The position numbers and the translations under genes were made by a program. The notes beneath the pieces were generated by a model that saw nothing but the letters and a program-made list of their open reading frames with translations, was not told the origin of the DNA and ran no database searches. From the sequence record MK250019.1: 64,000 nt of DNA; one strand, given 5' to 3'. Below are positions 56,373 through 64,000 of the stretch, one piece after another (the first letter of the stretch is position 1; each line of letters begins with the position of its first letter).

Positions 56373-56825
56373 TTAATTATTATCGTCCATAATCAAAGAT
56401 GGTTTACCTCTATCATCTTTTTTAATTCCCTAACATTCTATTATTTTATTCTTATAAAAACGTTCATAGAAAAATACTTCCTCACACAAATTATACAGGT
56501 CTGTATGTTTAGGTAATATGCCATTATCTAAAAGTACAATTTTGTTTATTTCCTTAATCTTCTTAAATTTATTCTAAAGGTTAAACAATAAAGTTTCATC
56601 CAAATTTTTATTTATGTAAATAATTCCTTGATATTTCTTTAATTTAGACGCCTATTGAATTTGATTCAATATTTCAGTATTAATGAAATATACATTCGAC
56701 TATTTGCTGAGATCTAGTTTAAAACTACTTACGAACGACTATATATCAAGAATAAAAAAACTTTTAATGTTAGTAAATAACATTCTTAGTTTATTTTCAG
56801 ATTCAGTTGTTACGTATACATTCAT
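56373..56825 (-). CDS. Hypothetical protein (150 aa, TAG=Gln)
   Basis: ATG 56825 (MNVYVTTESE) to TAA 56373. Confidence 0.6.
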
Positions 56826-56884
56826 TTATATTAATTACTCGTTAGTTTTTAATTATAGTTACCAATTATTTATTATTGAAATTA

Positions 56885-58003
56885 TCAACCTTCTTGTTTT
56901 GTATTATCTGATAATGTTGATTCATAATAATCAGTTAAACCTTTCGCTAACGCTTCTTTCAATGTATTATTATTCATACGTCTTGAAATACTTGTAACAA
57001 AATGTTCTGACATTCCTTCTGGATACACATCCTTTATAGTTTTATAAACTTCCTTTGGAGGTAATTCAAGTTCAATATCAACACCAATATTATATACTTT
57101 CTTCTTACTCTTATCAATCATATTAGTAATAAGAATATCCTCTTTATAATCTGGATCTTCATATGGTGATATTTTCTTATCTTCTGAAACTTGTTCAATT
57201 ACTTCATTACGTAATCGTTTTGCAAATTGTTCTGTAGATAATGTAACAGTTTCTCCATTAGAAACTATATTAATAGAATCATATTCTGAATTAGACAAAA
57301 TATCATCAAGATTAATAGTAATACTTGCATGACGTACAGTTTCAATTACCGCAGTAGAAATAGGTGATTTAGTTGTATTAACTTGCTTACTATTATATTG
57401 AGTAATTTGAGGATTTGGAACTTTTGCAATTATATCTGCTACAATTTCTGGAGACTCTACTTTAATTTCTGGTTTCTTTACAGTTTTACCTAAAATTAAA
57501 TTATCAGTTGATTCAGAAATATTAGTATTCTGCTTTAATGATGGATCTAATAATTCAGGGTGTAAAGAAAGTAAATAATTTTCTTTTGGTTCGATATTTG
57601 TAGTTTTAACTGTAACAGGTGGTGTCGCATCGGTTCTCTTACCTGCATTACTTATAGGTCTAGATGAAGATTTGCCATCTTCTGTTAATGATAAACTCAT
57701 ATGTTCTCCATTAACACCTATACCTGGTTGAGGAACCTCAAACACTTCTCCATTTTCTCCTGTTACTGTTTTTGTTTCATTAAGATTAAACTCTACTGTT
57801 TTGAATGACCATTTATTTGTAGGACCTGAAAGTTCAGTCATCATATATCTGCCATTAAATGCATTCATATTATTCACTTCAGCAATATATGATTCATCAC
57901 ATTTCGTATTATCCTCAAATACATAAAGGGTTAATTCATCATCAGATATATCATCGATATATTTCAATTTTGTAATTTTACCAAGAGTTTCTCCTGGTTG
58001 CAT
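56885..58003 (-). CDS. Hypothetical protein
   Basis: 372-aa ORF. Confidence 0.75.
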   Translation of the reverse strand: MQPGETLGKITKLKYIDDISDDELTLYVFEDNTKCDESYIAEVNNMNAFNGRYMMTELSGPTNKWSFKTVEFNLNETKTVTGENGEVFEVPQPGIGVNGEHMSLSLTEDGKSSSRPISNAGKRTDATPPVTVKTTNIEPKENYLLSLHPELLDPSLKQNTNISESTDNLILGKTVKKPEIKVESPEIVADIIAKVPNPQITQYNSKQVNTTKSPISTAVIETVRHASITINLDDILSNSEYDSINIVSNGETVTLSTEQFAKRLRNEVIEQVSEDKKISPYEDPDYKEDILITNMIDKSKKKVYNIGVDIELELPPKEVYKTIKDVYPEGMSEHFVTSISRRMNNNTLKEALAKGLTDYYESTLSDNTKQEG

Positions 58004-58033
58004 ATGCTAATAAAACTTTGCCATATTTTATAA

Positions 58034-58222
58034 TTAGTTTTCTTTTTCTTTTACATATCGTACTTTTACTGATACGATATTAATATTATTGTTTTCTAAA
58101 TTATTTTCTAATTTATTTATATTGGTATTTTTTCTGGGTATATTTTTAAACTTATTGGTAAATAAACCCATGAACCAATACCAACATCGTTTAATAAATT
58201 GAATCATGAAGTTATTACACAA
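58034..58222 (-). CDS. Small hypothetical protein
   Basis: 62 aa or slightly shorter, operon position. Confidence 0.45.
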   Translation of the reverse strand: MCNNFMIQFIKRCWYWFMGLFTNKFKNIPRKNTNINKLENNLENNNINIVSVKVRYVKEKEN

Positions 58223-58275
58223 TATTAGTTTTATCTAATATTTTATATTAAATATAATAAGTTTAGTTTACTTTA

Positions 58276-58680
58276 TTATTCACATGTATCTGCACTACCA
58301 TTTGATTGATTTTCATCTTCAACTTCTGGTTTATTAACAGGTTTTTTTCTACAAGGTGCTTCAGTAATTTCTATTCTATTTTTACCGAATGAGCTTGTAA
58401 TAGATTTAATACCCATTAAACCTGCTGATACACTAAAGTATGTAATAGTTCTGTCTATGAATTCTAAAATATTTGCACATTCTCCTGGATTTATAAAATA
58501 ATATAATACAAGAATAACAAATAAAAATAAACATACACCGGATGCTATAAAACCTACAACTTTTGTTGAACTTGTTTTCCCGTTATTATTTGAAAATATT
58601 TCAACTGGTGAAAATTTATGGGCATTAAAAATAGGTACTCCATAAATTCCACAATCATCGTTTGTTTTCTATGTACTCAT
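58276..58680 (-). CDS. Holin-like two-TM protein (134 aa, TAG at codon 4)
   Basis: GKTSSTKVVGFIASGVCLFLFVILVLYY TM1, second hydrophobic segment, charged tail. Confidence 0.55.
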
Positions 58681-58757
58681 TTGTTTTTAATTATTTTTCA
58701 TTTAATTATTTATTTTTATAAATATCATATACAAAATTTAATTAATTATTAATTTAA

Positions 58758-59792
58758 ATGAAACATTTTGGTTTTGACTCAGCATATAAAAAACTATATG
58801 AATCATTATTTGATGATACAGATGGTATATTAGATAATAATGAAATTGATCATTCTGATTTATATATAGATGATGAATATATTTTTGAAAGATTTAAAGA
58901 ATTATATAATGAATAGGATTTATCAAAATATAGTATAATAGAATATCCAAAATTCAATAATTTTAATATATAGAATATAAATGGAATTGATTATAGATTT
59001 GTAGATAGTGTAGAATCATGCGGTCATTATACATTAGGTTATCCCAAATCTATAAAACGTTCTGGATTATTTTCATATATAATTAATTCGCAGGAATTAA
59101 TTGATTTTATTATGAAATATAATATAATTATATAGTGTCCAATTTCATTACATGGTAAATATTAGGAAACATATATAACTTATATTTTTGATAATATTAA
59201 TATTCCTGAAAACTTTTTAAATAATTTTTCACTATATAAAGATTCATATGTAGTCAGAGCATATACACCTGGATTAATTTTTAATAACTGTAATATAATA
59301 GAAAATGAATTAGAACATTTATTAAGTTCTACTGATTTTAGTTATAAACGAATAAAATATGTTAATTTAAATAAGGTAACATTAAAATCATTAAATATAA
59401 CAATAACTTAGGATTTTTGTTTTGAAATAATGAATTGTAATTAGTTAACAGATTTAAATCTTATATATAAATGTAATATAGTCGATGATAATTCATTAGT
59501 TATAAAAAATTGTAAGTCATTGAAAAATGTTAATATATAGGATAATTCTAAATATGTTTCTTTATTAAAATTAAAAATTGATAAATGTCCTAATATTAAT
59601 ACAGATACATTAATATTACCAAATCATAATACAAAAATATATAATGTACAATTACTTAATGATAAAATAAAATAGCGTGCAATAAAATTCCGTGGTGATA
59701 TTGTTGAATATTTTTATAAGAATGGTAATGGTAAAGATTTTAAATATAAGTATTATGATATAGGTCCAAATCCACATATGTATTGGTTATAA
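58758..59792 (+). CDS. Hypothetical protein with KKLYESLFDD leader and LRR-like C-terminus (344 aa)
   Basis: ATG 58758, in-frame TAGs, TAA 59790, then a terminator near 59808-59840. Confidence 0.7.
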
Positions 59793-59846
59793 AAATAATA
59801 TATAATAAAAGGGAAATAACTGTTATGAGTTATTTCCCTTCATTCA

Positions 59847-60029
59847 TTAAAATAAGTTAGTAATTCGTTTGACTATATTTTTCCGTGTTTTATGTAAGAT
59901 TTTGTATATAGTCCAAACATGAGGACGAAATAAATACAGGTAAAACCTATAAAGTTTTTTTATTTCTTTAAAGGAGTATATATGAATTCCATCTGAATTT
60001 GTGCTTAAAATCTGTATAAACGTAAACAT
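59847..60029 (-). CDS. Small basic hypothetical protein
   Basis: 60 aa between two hairpins. Confidence 0.35.
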   Translation of the reverse strand: MFTFIQILSTNSDGIHIYSFKEIKKLYRFYLYLFRPHVWTIYKILHKTRKNIVKRITNLF

Positions 60030-60237
60030 AGTAATATTCGAAAAACTTATTTTAATTATTATACAATATTTATATAAAATAGTCTTAAAAAATAAGAGGA
60101 ACTATACATCGCGTACTGTTCCTCTTTAATCTAAATAATTTAGAAAAATGAAAACTAATTGAAAAACGAGCAAACGTTTTTTCTTAGTTTTTCTATATCT
60201 TTTTATTTATCTATGTTTGAAAAATAATTTTTTTAAA

Positions 60238-62370
60238 TTAGTTTCCACCGAATAATTTATCAAGTTCTTCCTGCGACATTGCATCTACTGCATCATCACC
60301 GTTTGTTGATGGTTCATCATCTTTATTCTCGTCATCTGACTTATCATCATCTGAATCACTTGAATCATCAGAATCATCAGAACTATCTGAATCATCAACA
60401 ATCTGACCACCAATCATTTCTTCAAATTCTTCTTTAGAAATACCATATTCATTATTTAAAACATCTGCAAGATCATTTACATAATCAGTATTTGTTAAAA
60501 TAACTTTAATAGGTTTATCTTCACTGTCAGAAGAATCATCTGAATTATCATCTGAACTTGCATCTGAATCTTCACCATCTGTTGCATTATCATCTGTAGA
60601 ATCATCTGTAGAATCATCTGCTGTATCACTTTCAGAATCATCATCTTCTAACAATTTCTTAAACTTATTATAATGTAAAGACTCATTAGGTGTTTCATCT
60701 GCAGTATCATCAGTATCTGTATTTTCATCTGAGTTTTCATCTGCTTCTGAATCTGTATCATCAGAATCTTCACTGTCATCTGTTTCATCATCATCTTCAA
60801 ATTCAATAGCATCATCTGGAACACCAGCATCTACAAGTGATTGTTTAAGTTCATCTGCAGCATCTTGATTTGCAACTGTAATTACAACGCGTGATAATTC
60901 TACTTCTTCATCATTATCGGGTGTTTCATCTGTATTGTCACCTGATTCAGTATCTGCATTATCGTCTGAAGCATCTGCATTATCATCTTTACTATCTCCA
61001 TCAGTAGGATCTACTGACAATGGTTCCAATGGATTTTCTTCATCTTCATTAATTGCTTTAGACTTATTCAACTTTTTGAAAGTCAAACGATATGTAAGTT
61101 CTTCATCAAGAATTAACATTAAACGCTCTTTATTTTCAATTGCAGTACGAAGTTCTCTCTTTGTTGATTTTGTAGCAGATTCATTCAATGACTTATATGA
61201 TTTCATAAGATTTGTATGCTGTTTCTTAACAGTATTTAACAATTCAAGAAGTTCTTTAGCTGAATATTCTGTAATATTCTTACCATTGATTGTTTTCTTA
61301 GAATATAATGTTTTCTTACCAGATTTCATAGCTTCACAAATCATATTGAACTTCTCTGCACCAAGTGATTCCTTTAACTACATAATCTCTTTTTTCTTCA
61401 TGATAAGTTTCATCTTCTTATCATTACGTGGTTCTGTCTTTGCTTTATTAATTGCATTACTAATAATAGATTCATTAAGATATGGTTTCTTAGCAGAACG
61501 AACAATATCTCTTGTTGTCAAACCAGCTTTACGCATTTTTAATGCTTCAGAAAGGTTAACAAGTTTTTTACCTTTCTTTGGTGGACAACATCCCTTTTTC
61601 TTTTCAAGAAGTCTTCTTCTGTTTCTGAGTTTACGATTATTTAATGATTCATAGCATTCAAATTCGCTGTCTTCCATACATTCATCAAATTCATCATCTG
61701 CATCGTCATCTGAATCATTTAATGCATCATCATCAGCAAATTCCTCATCAGCATCTTCATATGTTTCATCATAAATACCATCATCTTCCATATCTGCATA
61801 TGCAGCATCTTTTGCATCTAATGCATCTGGATCATCTGGATCAACTTCATCATAATCAGGAATCATATCATCATAGTCATCATCCTCTGTATCAATCCAT
61901 TCACCTTCATCATCAAGACCATAATCTTCATCCATATCAATATAATCATCACCATATTCATCCTTCATATCTTCGATGGCACAATCTCTTGCATCATCAT
62001 CACATGATTCATCAATATAATCATCACCATATTCGTCTCTCATATCATCTTCAGCTGCAGCACGAGCATCATCATCTGATTCAACGTCATCAAGTTCATC
62101 ATCTGCATCGTCATATACAAAGAAATTATCAACGTCATCAATATAATAATCATTTTCAAATATGTCGATAATATCATCTTGTGTAAGACCATCAATTACC
62201 ATATAAACAGTACCATCAGACTCTTCCTTAGTAATTGTTGCATCTGTTGTATCTTCTATCTATGAAGCGATTTTATCCATCTAACCATTAAGTTCAGGAT
62301 TTTCGTTTACAAGTCGTACAACATCAATCTTTACAGGAAATGTAAGACTTTCATTAAGTTTTCTTTTCAT
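60238..62370 (-). CDS. Highly acidic putative head/scaffold protein (710 aa, 3 TAG)
   Basis: ATG 62370 (MKRKLNESLTF); joins 61378-62202 and 60238-61344; many xxE-S/A motifs; internal repeat of about 24 aa (DDDAR..DEYGDDYID). Confidence 0.8.
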
Positions 62371-62431
62371 ATTATTATAAATAGAATTATTTTCTTTTTT
62401 ATTATTTATCTTTTTGAAAAAACACTATAAA

Positions 62432-63055
62432 TTAACTTAAATCGATTAATTTTTCATAATATTTTTTCAATATTTTTTCATCCAGTATATTATTACTTAA
62501 CATATTTATATATGCTGTCTCAAACATATCATAATTATGATTATATATATCATTTCTTATAATAGTAGATGAAACACATTCATTATTATATTCATCATTT
62601 CTATTAATATAATGTACAGGTTCAATATTAGCATTTATATATATGGTTTTTACACCTTTAGTTGAATCATAATATTTTCCGTTTACTGAATATAATTGAA
62701 CAAATTCATCTTTTCGTTTAATGTCATTACCTTTATTTGATGTAACTAAACAGAATTTCTCATCATTAATTGAACTTCCAACATCATTATAACATTTACG
62801 TATAGGTGCAGGATATTCTGATATACCAACATTAATATTTACATTATATAGTTCACTTAACTTATCTTTAATATTATTTAAAAACCATAATGAACTATCT
62901 GCCGTAATATTATCTCTATTTTTAGATGATATATAAATACGTACTTCATCAATATGAACATTATCGATATTGAATATGTGTGATTTCAATATCGATAAAT
63001 GTCCATCATGAAATGGTTTAAAACCACCAGGGAATAATAATATATTTTTACTCAT
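62432..63055 (-). CDS. HIGH-motif nucleotidyltransferase (cytidylyltransferase-like)
   Basis: LFPGGFKPFHDGH and VSSTIIR. Confidence 0.75.
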   Translation of the reverse strand: MSKNILLFPGGFKPFHDGHLSILKSHIFNIDNVHIDEVRIYISSKNRDNITADSSLWFLNNIKDKLSELYNVNINVGISEYPAPIRKCYNDVGSSINDEKFCLVTSNKGNDIKRKDEFVQLYSVNGKYYDSTKGVKTIYINANIEPVHYINRNDEYNNECVSSTIIRNDIYNHNYDMFETAYINMLSNNILDEKILKKYYEKLIDLS

Positions 63056-63068
63056 TTATTTCTTATTT

Positions 63069-64000
63069 TTAAACTGACTTAATTCCAAATTTAGATGTAT
63101 CAATACCTATTAAATTTTTAAGTGAAATACCTCCGAGTGTTTGCATTTCATGGAATGTTTTTAATATAAATTTAACATCTGGGTTAAATACAACAAATAC
63201 AATGTCTTTTCTTATTTTTGAAGGTATCTGTTTTAATTGTTCCCAACCAGAATCTTCACCATCTGTAAATACCATAATAGTTGTATGTTTTTCACCATTA
63301 TCATAATAATATGGTTTCTTAAGCTTAGTAACACTTATAGTATTTCCTGGAATATCTGTACCTCCAGAACCACCTCGTTCTCCAAGAAGTTCAAGACGTT
63401 TTGAAATAGGTGTTTTAATATTCCACATTTCAACATCTTCAGGATGTATAGCACCTGTTGTAAAATAAGCTCTAGCAGAATTTAATACTTTACATTGTTT
63501 TTCTAATGTTACAATTTCTTTAAATATCTGATAGAATATACCATTACCATTACTATACATAGAACCTGAATTATCAATAAGATAAAATATATTTGCTGCA
63601 TTATTCTCAGCAAATGGAACTTTTTTATATGGGTTGTATCTATCATCACGCCATGATTGTGACATTGTACGTTTTGAACGTTTCATCTGTGTTCCTGCTT
63701 CCATCGCAGCTGTAAAATGTTTCTTCATCTTCTGCTTCCAATTAGCAAGAGATTCCATATTTTTTAACTTATCTGCAATATCATTAAGTTTATTTGCAAG
63801 ATCTGGTGAAACTTGATTTAATCTTTCTTTATTTTCTTCATTATATCTTCTGGATATTTCTACAGGATCACATGTTAATTCTTCTGCAGTATAAGGATCA
63901 CCTGATTCTTTTGCAATTTCAGCCATTTGCTCTTGTGATAACATATCAGCACCACCAAATGTAGAAGATGTTGTTGTTTCAAATTCCTTACCTTCAAGTT
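63069..64000 (-). CDS. vWA-domain protein (DUF2201-type C-terminus), 5' partial
   Basis: MIDAS motif LIDNSGSM, GGTD, MVFTDG; frame open to the window edge. Confidence 0.7.
   Translation of the reverse strand, partial: LEGKEFETTTSSTFGGADMLSQEQMAEIAKESGDPYTAEELTCDPVEISRRYNEENKERLNQVSPDLANKLNDIADKLKNMESLANWKQKMKKHFTAAMEAGTQMKRSKRTMSQSWRDDRYNPYKKVPFAENNAANIFYLIDNSGSMYSNGNGIFYQIFKEIVTLEKQCKVLNSARAYFTTGAIHPEDVEMWNIKTPISKRLELLGERGGSGGTDIPGNTISVTKLKKPYYYDNGEKHTTIMVFTDGEDSGWEQLKQIPSKIRKDIVFVVFNPDVKFILKTFHEMQTLGGISLKNLIGIDTSKFGIKSV

Noticed and set aside
60935-61654. Long opposite-strand ORFs (also 2702-3073, 5577-5936, 9583-9963, 41584-41937, 61644-62171)
   Set aside because: Antisense or off-frame shadows of biased, low-complexity real genes; composition is implausible (His/Leu/Ser runs).
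1-64000. Treating the many short track ORFs as separate genes or pseudogenes
   Set aside because: Consecutive fragments are in frame and separated only by TAG, including within gp23 and conserved motifs; true ends are TAA or TGA, often at terminators.

Overview
A very AT-rich 64-kb piece of a T4-like megaphage genome. It carries a gp23-type major capsid gene, a gp15-like tail-completion gene and large acidic head proteins. TAG is read as a sense codon: dozens of ORFs in the supplied track rejoin in frame across TAG and end only at TAA or TGA. With four Bacteroidetes-type TAnnTTTG promoters, this points to a Lak-like, code-15 phage of Prevotella or a relative (inference). All CDS coordinates below are rebuilt with TAG=Gln; long ORFs were checked for frame and spot-checked for stops by eye, not exhaustively. 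The strongest novel-looking element is at 21.6-28.4 kb. It is a 1439-aa GIY-YIG + SF2 helicase + N6-MTase + specificity-domain enzyme whose C-terminus is flanked by nested inverted repeats and by silent, start-less, in-frame alternative C-terminal cassettes, i.e. a phage-encoded restriction-modification shufflon. The second is a promoter-to-terminator non-coding transcript of about 1.05 kb (11.58-12.65 kb) plus a neighbouring element, containing tRNA-like RNAs with large structured inserts and RNase P-like motifs. Also notable are a phage TonB-dependent receptor with NadR and PnuC, partitioning of TAG use by promoter class, shared N-terminal Glu-motif leaders, an N-truncated TnpB-like nuclease, and paired RNA motifs upstream of a DUF2828/TROVE-like gene. 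No database searches were run; family calls rest on motif recognition.
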